The notes below the pieces were generated by a model. The model was given only the letters and a program-made list of their open reading frames with translations. It was not told the origin of the DNA and made no database searches. A stretch of 64,000 bases of DNA from Polymyxa betae A26-41 (Eukaryota > Protista > Endomyxa: Phytomyxea): positions 62,001 to 126,000 of the forward strand of contig RBZT01000633.1 in NCBI GenBank assembly GCA_003693705.1. The letters run 5' to 3'. Both the position numbers and the translations under genes were made by a program. Below are positions 41,479-52,587 of the stretch, in pieces; position 1 is the first letter of the stretch; every line of letters starts with the position of its first letter.

Positions 41479-42190
41479 ATGGGTTTGCTGCAGATTCTGA
41501 AGAAAGTCAAACGCAAAGAGAAGCAGATGCGTATTCTAATGCTGTAAACATCCCCCATATTAGAATATTTCTATATTGCATGTCTGAGATGCGATTTTGT
41601 GCAGCGGCCTGGATAATGCCGGCAAGACCACGATCGTGAAGAAGTTCTCTGGTGAAGATGTCACTACTGTTAGTTCAGCCATGAAATCATGGTGATAGTT
41701 CGTTGATTTTTATGCTGCAGATCAGTCCTACTTTGGGGTTTCAAATATCGACATTAGACTATCGAGGGTATACATTAAACATCTGGGATGTTGGAGGACA
41801 GACCACAATCCGTTCTTATTGGCGTAATTATTTCGAAAGAACGGACGGTCTGATTTGGGTCGTTGACAGCGTCGACGTTCTACGGTTGAAAGAATGTCGA
41901 GCACATCTGCACGAGATTCTTCAGGAAGAGGTCGTTGCACGGTTCACGACGTCGCTATCGCTTATGGTTTGTAGAGATTAGCTGGCGCGTCGTTGCTGAT
42001 CCTTGCCAATAAACAAGATCTGGATGGAGCTTTGAGCCAGGAGCAGATGGCCGAAGTCCTGCAGCTGGATAGGATCGTCTCACATCATTGGCAGATCGTT
42101 GCGGTTTGTGCAACATCCGGCCAAGGCTTGCATCAGGCAGTCGATTGGCTCGTTGAGGACATCGCTAATCGTATCTTTTTACTGGAATAA
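41479..42190 (+). CDS. ARL2: ADP-ribosylation factor-like GTPase 2
   Basis: [22 protein letters not shown]|[52 protein letters not shown]. Confidence 0.97.
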
Positions 42191-42385
42191 TATCTGAAAC
42201 GGGGACATAGAATTTATGCTAATATAGATCGTTATGGCAATTTCTAACGCTTCGTTTTGGTAAAAGATTATAATATAAAACGAATGGTTGAAAATTCCTC
42301 GGCAGAGAGGCATCTGAAACGAGATGAGCGAGAAGGACAAACAGCGGAGTGATTTACCATCTATTTACAGAAACTGTTTTGTGAT

Positions 42386-42732
42386 TCAGAACGTTTTTGA
42401 TGCCTCATCTTCTGAGCGATTTTTATTGTTTCTATTGACGAATACTTCCGGGTTGGATTTCGATAGCCCATTATACATGAGATAATTAGTTAATGCTCGC
42501 ATGGCACTATATTCACATAAGCAGATGATGGTCAGTATGGTATTGCTCATACATACTCTTGTTTGAGCTCAATGATACGATCCGGGCAGGTCTCGTGCAT
42601 ATTGGCCCGAAATTGGGTTACAATCATCGTCCGGATCGAGTCGTACTTCCGAGTCGATTTCGGGGCGATATAGGCGGCCAATCGCAGACAATCGCGATAT
42701 AGCTGCCGACTGGTTCGGTTCAGGACCGTCAT
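42386..42732 (-). CDS. LYR-motif (Complex1_LYR) mitochondrial protein
   Basis: QLYRDCLR..IRTMIVTQFRAN..ETCPDRIIELK then AMRALTNYLMY after one intron. Confidence 0.85.
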
Positions 42733-43035
42733 CGGGCTCACCAGATGGATATTTGTTATGTTGGCCCAATGTAGAGCGCAATCCGGCTGCGAGAGCGACT
42801 AATGGGCCAACATTCCTAAACACGTCCAATGGACAGGAGGGGCCTGGAAGCAAAGTTCCCGATTGGAACATTATCTTGATAATTTCAAACGATGGTAATG
42901 TTGGATAGAGAATTGTCAAATCAATGTTTGATAAAGATCTGTCAGATTCGATCTGATTTTATTTAAACCAATATATACAGCATGAATAGAATTGGTACAA
43001 TATGGAGACATATTATACAATGAGATGCCCGATAG

Positions 43036-44886
43036 TCATCTCTGAAAACTGAAACCGATGAAATGGTGCTGGTGCTCCTCGGAAATCGTGTGGGCGTCCG
43101 CCGGTGAATGCAGCGGCATGCCGGTGATCTCCGAATCGAAGTACCGGGTGTCGTACGGGCCCATCAAATCTGGGACGAATGGCGGCGGAATCAGTTTTTT
43201 CTCTGTCACCCAACCAAGGTGAGAAGAATGTGCTCTGACGAGTGCTCAGTAATCACCTAGATTGTCCCAGTTGATGGGTTTAAAGAACGGATGCGATCTG
43301 ATTTCTTGATCGCCTTTCGAGCCGAGACGAACCGATGGCTCTCGACACAGCATGCGCTTTAGAAGCGATCTGCATCCAGAATCAGCACCGACCGTTCGGC
43401 ATACGAACCGGACGTACTTTGCGTTGTTGGAAACATGTTTCGGATAGTTGATCTTTTGAGTGAGAATCTTTTTCTGGAGCACATTACGATCGGCGGAATC
43501 GAAGGGGATTTGCCCTGTCAGCATCTCAAATAAAAGGATTCCAAGACTCCACCTACAAAAACACTCTTTAATTTATAAAACACCTTGCTTGAAATGAGAA
43601 GATTGCAATGCATTCGGGGATACAATAATCCGGAAAGATCAACCAACGATAAAACATTTGAGCGCTCACCAATCAGCAGGTTTCCCATACGGGTTCTTCC
43701 TAGAGACGACTTCAGGCGCCAGATAGGCCAACGTCCCGCATAACGTTCGCGTCCCTTCAACGTTCAGTGGTTTCGCCAGACCGAAACTGAGCAGCCCGTA
43801 ATCAGTATGACAAAGAAGTATCAAGACGTTATAACAACTCGGTCAGGCAGATATGGCCATCAGTTTGGATCAGGAGGTTCTCGGGCCTAACAGCAGAGCT
43901 AAGTTTCGGTGAAAGGCGTTTGAAAGCAGCGCCGACTTCAGATCGCGATAGATAATGTTGCGAGAATGCAGATGGGAGATGGCCAGTACGATTTCGGCAG
44001 CGTAGAAGACGGCCATCGGCTCAAGAAAGAAGTTCTCGGCGTTCAGGCGGCTGAACAACTCGCCACCGGGGCTGTGAATCGATCAGCATAATATGCAGAT
44101 CATTGCTGTCATGATATCAACGCACATGAAATCAAGAATCAGATAGAGCTTGGCCGGTGTCTGGAACGCATATCGCAAATGCACACTGAAATGATCGGTT
44201 GGAAACAGCTCAGCAAAAACAGCAGAAATGGTCTTTAAGGAATAGAAAATCATACAGCTTCAACTTGATGGAATTCCAACTTAGGTGAAAGAGAGCACTG
44301 AATAAGATCCTTCAATGTATAATCGACTTACATGAAGGGATGTGAAGCAGCGACCAAGACGGATTTCTCATCGTGAACATAATTGATGCAGTTCTTTTCC
44401 ACCAATTCGCCTTTCTTCATGCACTGTTTCAATAATGAGACTGGAACACTCCTCAATAGCGGGGCGGGCTCTACCTTCATGGCGAAGATCTCTTTTGTCT
44501 CGGTGTTTTCAACTAAATAAACCTTGCCATACCCGCCTTGGCCGAGCACCGACAATACCATAAAATCGTCCAGATGCACCTTCTTGCCGGCATTCCTGAA
44601 AAGCCTTTAAAAGCGCATATTCTTTTGCAGAAAAAATTTCATACAGAAGCTGGGCAGGCTGACGAGGAGTCGACCCCAATGCCGACGGCCCATGATATGA
44701 TGATGACAACGGAATCAGATCAAGGTCGTTGGCCTCGGTCCCAACCTCGACCTCGACTGGCTCATGGGCCGACTGCTGCGAATCGCTGCAGGCACAGCCG
44801 AGATAAGGCGACGTCGATGACGGCGGCGAAAACTCGAACTGGAGCTGGGTCTGCGAGCAATCCGGGCAGGACCCGGTGTCCGGCAT
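43036..44886 (-). CDS. AGC kinase, ribosomal S6 kinase-like
   Basis: [64 protein letters not shown]-terminal hydrophobic motif FIGFSF*. Start codon uncertain. Confidence 0.92.
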
Positions 44887-45469
44887 TGGGGTGAACTGGC
44901 AGCGATCCAATTGAAGCTCCCGCAAACAGTACAGTACCAGCACGTCATTGCAGACATCAGGTTGCGCCCACGCAGTATTTTTGTTGCGTCTGTCACGCAT
45001 TTCTATATGTTTGTTGCAACTGTTTTGACATGGTGAAATACAGAGTACTAGTAAGGGCAGGCTTTGATGTTCCTGGGATGAGTTTTAGGACTCAATTGCA
45101 GAGCCATATCGTGACTTCAATTTCGTCACCATGTTCTGTCAGAGTCTGACTCTTGAAACCTTTCTTGTTCTTGTTGAGTTTATCCGTTTCTGGAATTTGT
45201 TCCAATTGGAGTATTCCGTTTCCTATTCTACTTAACAGCCAAATATGGGATCTCTACTGTAAGAAGCATTCTGATGCGAACCACACTGCTCTAGATAGAT
45301 ATATCATGGCATAACAACTGCAAGCACTTGTGATCCTAGACACCTGTTGCCTCTGCCAAACTTGAAACGCAGATCCTCGTGTTTGACATTGAGAAAGACG
45401 CGCCTTTCTTCAACTTAATCTGAATCTAGACTACGACAGGTTGCTTGTGATCTGAAATTATGCCTGTCT

Positions 45470-46291
45470 TTATGATGCTCGTCGTATTCTATTGATCCAT
45501 TGAACTCGCATATCGTCGCGGCTAACCGTACTGGACCTCTCACTTGGTCGCAAAGCGGAGGTCGACTGCACTCAAAATTCAGCCACGCATCACGAAAATC
45601 GAGACCTTGCCTTGGTATGCTTTTTCCAATTATCTGGCTGATACTGGGCCATCGAGGTCGCCGGTCGACGCCTTCTTGTCTTCTTTTCCCATTCTGTACA
45701 AGGACGTTAGAGACTGGAAGTCGTTAATTACATAATCAGTAAACACCATGGCTAAACTTCTTAAATAATGCCACCGGGTCTGAAGAACGAAAGGATGATC
45801 TAGGAGCCGGTCTGGAAGTCTTTGCTGCCTGCCTGTATTCCACATGTTGTTCTGACTTATTCTCTGCACTTTCAGGATCGTCTTCTCTTTCAAAGTAATG
45901 TAACGCTTCCTGTTCGATTCCATCTTGCTCATCCTCTGCCCAAGGCGTTTCCTTTCCGTATCTTAACAACCGGAAACAATATGCAATGATTTTTTGCTAC
46001 TTGACGGTGCGAGTTTGGCTCGAGTTTTTTCACTCGGCGTGGCGCTGGTAGGAAGTCTCGTAATGACGATCTTCTGGGCAATTCGGGAGATGCCTTCTCA
46101 CTGGTGCTGTTAGCATCGTCATCGGTGACAGGCCTAGGCGTTGATATTCGTTCGACAAATCGCTTGAGGACAACATCGTCGATGTCGGTAAAGCCCTGCA
46201 CTCATCACTCCGTAAACGATATCAAGCAACCTGAGCCCAGTACCAGAAGCGACAGCTGACGGCGAACGTCATCGATCGTGAAGTCGACCAT
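45470..46291 (-). CDS. HYLS1-like centriolar protein
   Basis: N-terminal FTIDDVRRQLSLL|GFTDIDDVVLKRF, central SDPVALFKKFSHEW and C-terminal RDDMRVQW..RI resemble HYLS1 motifs. Confidence 0.55.
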
Positions 46292-46821
46292 CTACAGCGA
46301 TGGTTAAGTACAAATGAACCAATCTCTCTTTGAAGGTGGTTGTCTCTTTCACATCAGACGTAACATTATTACTATAGGCTGCGCTCATCTTGATACATGA
46401 TTCTGCAACCTACCATTCATGATGGTTTGTTGGGGTCATGATGTTGGGTCGTCAGAAATAAGATCGTTGTATCTGCCATTTCTCAACGTCGCTGTTTCAT
46501 AATTTCAACCTGGTGGCTCCGAGTTTGATGGGCCTTTCAAGTCCAAGGAAATACTTCGCCTGGCCGCTCTCAGGTTCATAGACCAGAGTCCCACTGTGCG
46601 TCCAGAATATACAGTATCGATCTTGAAAATGGCAGTACGTTTGGGCAATATGTCGATCTCTATTTTCCGGGAGCCTTTTAGAAGACTTGATAATGGCGTC
46701 GTCTGCTATTAAGAGAGCATTGAGCCGTATCAATGATGTAACATAACAGATTATAGGACTACATTGCCATTGCAGGTAGTGCGAACAGAGATACCGCACA
46801 CACTAGAAGAGACCTCGATCA

Positions 46822-48603
46822 ATGGCGTCGCTCCTCCGGCGGTTTGCGATCCCGACCTGGGCGTCAACCTCGCGTCGCTTTTTGCATCTGGTACTGGCCA
46901 TACCCTCATCGAAAGCAGGAGCCGCGCTTAATGATTCGTTCAGCATGAATACCAGAGCAAGGCTATCATGGCGTCGTATGGCGTCAATGTACAGAAAGGC
47001 GATGTTGCAGGCAGCGTCCAGGAGTCTCAGAAGGTTGCTAAGAAGCTAATCGATGAGAACGCCAAGGATCTCGTCGTCAAAGCGCAAATTCTTGCGGGTG
47101 GCCGAGGCAAAGGGCATTTCGATAATGGATTCAAAGGTGCTGCAGTTGCAAAACAATTAAGTTGAGAATGTCGCTGAACGGCTTGCTTCGTTCAGGTGGT
47201 GTGAAGCTGTGTCGTACGGCCGAGCAGGTATCAGATGTGACCGCCAAGATGTTGGGGGCCAGCTTGATCACCGAGCAGACCGGCCCCCAAGGCCAGCCTG
47301 TCAGCAAGGTCCTCATTCTTGAAGGAATCAATTTCGATCGCGAGCTATATTTCGCTATTCTGCTGGATAGAACCCATGATGATGTCGTCGTCGTATGCTC
47401 TGAAATGGGCGGTATGGATATTGAAAAGGTCACCATACAACTTTTCACGCTTTTTGATTCGACTATTTTTTAAAAATATTTTTTTACCCTTTTACGTTAA
47501 TATTTATTTATTGGAAATGGCACAATAGGTGCCTTAATCTTCCTTCGGACAGGTGTCTGTCGAACATCCAGAGGCGATCAACACGTTTCCGATCGATATT
47601 GGGGTCGGTATGGACGACGAAGTCACCGACCGCATCGTCAAGACGCTCGGGTTCACGAACAACGCCAGCGCCGCCGACGCCAAGGCGCAGATGCAGTCGC
47701 TGTACAAACTGTTCATGGAGCAGGACGCCACCCAGTTGGAAATCAACCCGCTTGTAGAAACCACCGATCATAAGGTTGATGGGCCGTACTGACCCCCCAT
47801 CGATGTATCGCTCATCGTACTCAATGATTGAAAGGTGTTCTGCGTCGATGCGAAAATCAATTTCGACGACAACGCCTCATTCCGCCATAAGGTCAGCTGC
47901 GGCAGCGACGGGTAGTATCATACTTTGTTGTTCAGATCGCAAATAGGACCTTTTCGCTGAAAGGGACTTCTCAATGGAAGACCCTCGAGAGGTCCAGGCT
48001 GCAAAATTCAATCTGAACTATATCGGCCTGGACGGGAAAATTGGGTATGGCCTGAATCGAACCGACGACTATCTTGCCGATGTAATTTTATCGCCCAGGT
48101 GTATGGTGAATGGAGCTGGTTTGGCAATGGCCACCATGGACATCATTAAGCTGCATGGCGGTACGCCTGCCAACTTCCTTGATGTCGGCGGTAGCGCTGA
48201 CACGACCCAGGTCTGCTGCCGCTTGATTTTTGGATCCCTATCTTGTGGAAGAACAGTGTTCTGATTTCCTGTATATTAGGTTGCTGAGGCGTTCAAGATT
48301 TTAAACAGCGACCCGAATGTCGAGGTCATTTTAGTGAACATATTCGGTGGAATCATGAAATGCGATGTGATCGCTCAAGGTACGGCGCGGTCGCCGTCCC
48401 ATAATATCAATTTTTGAGCGTGTCATCTAGGAATTGTGGACGCTCTCAAATTAGCCAACTTATCGGTCCCGCTGGTAGTTCGCCTGGAAGGAACCAACGT
48501 CGACAAGGGCAAACTCATCATGGAAGAAAGCGGCCTGAATATCACAATGGCCAGCGATCTCGACGATGCTGCCAGGAAGGCTGTCAAGGCTCTCTCCAGC
48601 TAA
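46822..48603 (+). CDS. SUCLA2: Succinyl-CoA ligase beta subunit, mitochondrial
   Basis: Presequence, [79 protein letters not shown]. Confidence 0.95.
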
Positions 48604-48787
48604 GAAGACTCAAGGAATCGTCTTCTTCAATGTATTTAATTGTTTCAAATTTCACTAGGACTTAACAAGTACCGTTTACTCAATAGAATCATCCAAAATA
48701 TTGATATTTCGCTTCTTTATACCGAATTTTTTTCAATGTCGTGATTCAACGGTCGAATCATGTTCGACAGAACACTGTTAAGTTAAA

Positions 48788-50106
48788 ATGGGCCTATTAG
48801 GGTTCGACCCGCATCTCCTAACCGAAACTGTCAAGAACATGGCCTTGCCAGCTGCCAAGGCACAGGCCGCTAACCAGACCGCTCAGGCGCGGGCCGATAA
48901 GAAGGCCAAAGAAGATCGCGAGAAAGAGGTGAAATCATCACGAGGCGGCGACGTCGAACCATCGAACGGCTTGACTCCTGCCGATCTGCCGCCTCTGCCA
49001 AAAGAATTTCAGCCGACCAGCAACGGCACCGATTACGACGGCTGGGATCTAATATGGGAGGATCAGTTTGACGGGCATAAACTGGACCATAAGAAATGGT
49101 CAACAGATATTGATTGCAGACATAAGGAGCTGCAATGCTATACAAAACGACCTGATAATGTCTATGTTCGTGATGGGCGCTTATTCCTACACGCTCGGGT
49201 GCATCCGGATGGCTATACGCCATCACATTCAGATGAATGTACGCGAGAGAACGATTGTATAGCGACGAAGCTGTATACGAGCGGGCGTGTGAAAACCAAA
49301 GGCCTGTCCAAGTTCCGATATGGGAGGATCGAGATCCGGGCCCGAATGCCCAGAGGGCAGTTCCTTTGGCCCACGCTCTGGATGCTGCCCGAGGACGAAG
49401 TTCATGGTGACTGGGCGGCCAGCGGTGAAATCGATATCGTCGAGACGACAGGAACCGACCCAAGGGCGTTCTCGTCCACGATTCATTTCGGCGGCGTCGC
49501 TGTACGATTGAATATCTGCTTTTGGCAGTTTGTTGAACTTTAACGGGTTTAACGCACCTTTTTACGCACATTTCGTATATATTTTCCACAGAGCCATTTT
49601 AGTTATCCATTTCGCAAATTTCCTGATTTGCTCTGATTTTCCATTAAAAAATGATGTTGATTTTTCCCATTGTAGCCCGACAACAAGTTTATCAGTTCGG
49701 GTGTGCAATCGCTTGTCAACAATGATAACATTCCGATCGATCTATCTGCTCGCTTTCGTACCTATCGTTTGGACTGGACGCCAAAATACCTGAGGGTGAC
49801 TAACGCAGCTCTCTGCTCGATGAATATCGCTGATTGGATTGGTTGTAGACGTTCTTCGAAGGGCAGAAAGTGCTCGATGTTGATCTGCAGCGTAAATTTG
49901 GTTCGATGTATAAGAAGAATGGTGCTCCATTCGACGAGGATTTCTACCTGCTCATGAACATGGCAGTTGGCGGCGAGTTCTTTGGCGGCGACGATCGCAA
50001 TTTGACCGTCTCGATGGCGAAATCCTGGGAACGACCCATTCTTGAAGTCGATTATGTTCGCGTCTTTCGAAAGGCTGACGACGATGATGATGATGAGGAC
50101 GATTGA
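48788..50106 (+). CDS. Glycoside hydrolase family 16 beta-1,3-glucanase (laminarinase-like)
   Basis: WDLIWEDQFDG, ELQCYT, YTSGRV, FRYGRIEIRARMP, WPTLWMLP, WAASGEIDIVE (catalytic ExDxxE), PFDEDFYLLMNMAVGG, VDYVRVF. Confidence 0.95.
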
Positions 50107-50246
50107 GACGACGCCCAGTCATCAAACAGCACTTCAACCAGTTAGGTTCATTCGATGTCTTAACAACCGCTAGCAGTGATTCCGATCTTGGCTATAATAC
50201 ACCCTAACCTAACGCCTTAGAACGTTATCTTGTCTTAACGTACCTC

Positions 50247-50264
50247 GGCCAGCTTCGGCTGGCC
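50247..50264. other. Perfect GC-rich hairpin GGCCAGC-TTCG-GCTGGCC (cUUCGg tetraloop)
   Basis: 7-bp perfect inverted repeat around TTCG in intergenic DNA. Confidence 0.85.
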
Positions 50265-50546
50265 CACAGAGATCCGTTTGCAAATCAACGCACAAAACTG
50301 AGCTTGCAGCGAATATTCACGCACATTGTATTGTCAGTTGAAACTTTTCCAATTTGGCGCCAGTGCATTTATCTCTCCAACACACAGTTTTAAAACTCAT
50401 GTCACGAAAAGTTTCACAAATTTACGCAAATGCGATTTCGATTTCTGAAAACACAGCTGAATAAAGTACTAAAGGCGTTCCATATCTCATATTCCTTGTG
50501 TCTTTGTGGCAGATTCATAACATAAGTGTATTGTCGGTTATGCATC

Positions 50547-51792
50547 ATGGAGAGTCGGACGACCACGACCAATGACGCCCCCGCTGTGATCAGGGTTCTC
50601 AGCATTCAATCCAGTGTCGTCCATGGCTATGTTGGCAATAAGGTAGGCCGAACGCCTCGATGAATGCCGTCCTCACACTATCTACTCTTGCAGGCTTCCA
50701 TGTTCCCGCTGCAGCTTTTAGGATTTGGTATTTATTCGCGATAAAAAGTTTTTTCTTCTAATCTAATCGTTAGATGTGAGCCCAATTCATACAGTTCAGT
50801 TCTCAAATCATACTGGATATCGAACATGGACGGGCTATAAGTTTACAGGATCACATTTAAGCGATATCATTCGTGGTCTGATGGTCAATCAGGTCGCCGA
50901 TTACGATTATATCCTCACAGGTCCTCGTCGTGTTCATGATCGGAATCGGTCTCGGCTCATTTCTCGTACAGGCTATGTCGGGAATATCGATCTGCTGGAA
51001 TCGTTGGCAAATCTGCTTCCCGGTCTGAAATCAGATCCCAAGACGCGATTCCTCTGCGATCCGGTGATGGGCGATTCCGGGCGGCTCTGTACGTCCAAGT
51101 CGTTCAGCCTGTCACCATTCTAAACATTCTGAAAGATGTTCCCGAAGAATTCGTCGATTTATATCGCATCAAGGTGTCGAATCGCTCATTGAACGATATC
51201 TTGCTGATTTTAGGGAATAGATTGTTCCATTCGCCGATGTTTTACTGCCCAATCAGACCGAAGCCGAACTGTTAACCGGCAAGCAGATCGTTAACGCTGA
51301 TGATGCCGCCGAGGCCTGTCGAATACTCCACGAGCTCGGGCCGAAAATTGTCATTATCACCAGCCTCGACCAGCGCAATTCCAATCGCATCGAAACGTAG
51401 AAATCGTCTCATCGTTTTTCTCTTTTTTGAGTAATTCGTCTTCAGGTTTGTCTCTGAAAGCAATCGGGGCTGTTGGCGATTCTGGGTGGATCGTGTCGAA
51501 GCCGTTTATTTCGGGACTGGCGATACGATCGCCGCCCTCTGCCTGGCCTGGCTGCATCGATATCCGGTCGAGCTGGCCATCGGCTTAGCGTAATCCGATC
51601 AGTTGATGTCCCATTCTGTCGAATTCAACCTCGGTCAGGTTGAGGACGCTGCGTGCCATCATTAACAGGACACATGCGGCAGGCAGCCAGGAACTGCTTC
51701 TGATACAAAGCCGCGATGAGATTCTGGATCCGTTTCATTTGCCCGAAGTCCATTCAGAAGTGTATTGTAGGAATCAGGTGACCACCTCCTAA
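50547..51792 (+). CDS. PDXK: Pyridoxal kinase
   Basis: RVLSIQSSVVHGYVGNK, PIHTVQFSNHTGY, ILTGYVG, CDPVMGD, PNQTEAELLTG, FGTGD, ELLLIQS. Confidence 0.96.
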
Positions 51793-52587
51793 CTCGACAT
51801 GAATGAGGTTGGCGATGGTCGGCTGCGCTGTATCAAAAGCCCGGTTTAATAATGAATTGTTGATATCACTGGTTATGTAATCGTTGAACCAATCACATCA
51901 GCGTCGTTGCGAGCGACATTGTCGGCGGCTGCCAAGACCGCGTTTTCATTCTGGCCAAAGAGTCTTATCGTCATGCTGATTTGTAGTACTCCAGCCATAT
52001 CTATCTGGATTGTCATCTGTGATGTTCTTGCAACGCAGATCGACTGCTCGATGATATGCAGGTCGCCTTTGATCGATGGCTGGAAGCCAAGAACAATGAT
52101 CGCCTTTAGGGTTGATCATTATCGCCCGGAAAGGAGCCTTTCTACCTCAATTGTTAACGAAGCAATTCGTCATCCTATGAAAAGGTTGTCGTTCATGCTG
52201 ATAAACTCTCTCGGTCCAATGTGTCGTTGCCATCGTATACAGCTTGAACGTGCATTCAATCTACGGATTTGTCTTCTATACGAACTCGCTTTTCAGTCAA
52301 GAAATCATCATATTACTCAGCAGCAAGCAAAACGATACCAATGGGAAATATGAAGAATGGGAAGCTGTTCTTAATAGCCGAACAACTTCATTATAGTTAG
52401 AACCAGAACAACCATCTCTACAAACCTTTCATGAACGTTTTCTGTAACGATTTCCGAACGCATTGAGATCAGCAAATCCATCTGGCCTATATTGTATTTG
52501 TCTCTGATAGTGCAGATATGGCAGGATCATCGTTTCGAAAATATCTGCCGGATCTTGGCCACCGTGCCAGGAAAATCGCTTTTGGCG

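Noticed and set aside
44880-44950. WYCTVCGSFN, a RanBP2-type zinc-finger half upstream of the kinase
   Set aside because: Not in the kinase frame, second CxxC is in another frame, and no intron joins them; probably coincidental.
46480-46799. Possible small minus-strand gene
   Set aside because: No consistent spliced frame or recognisable family could be built.
50247-50275. U6 snRNA (UUCG 5' stem plus ACAGAGA)
   Set aside because: Spacing is wrong and the downstream AGATTAGCATGG core is absent.
51907-52353. 148-aa ORF between PDXK and the channel
   Set aside because: Non-ATG start and no motif; likely UTR or intergenic.
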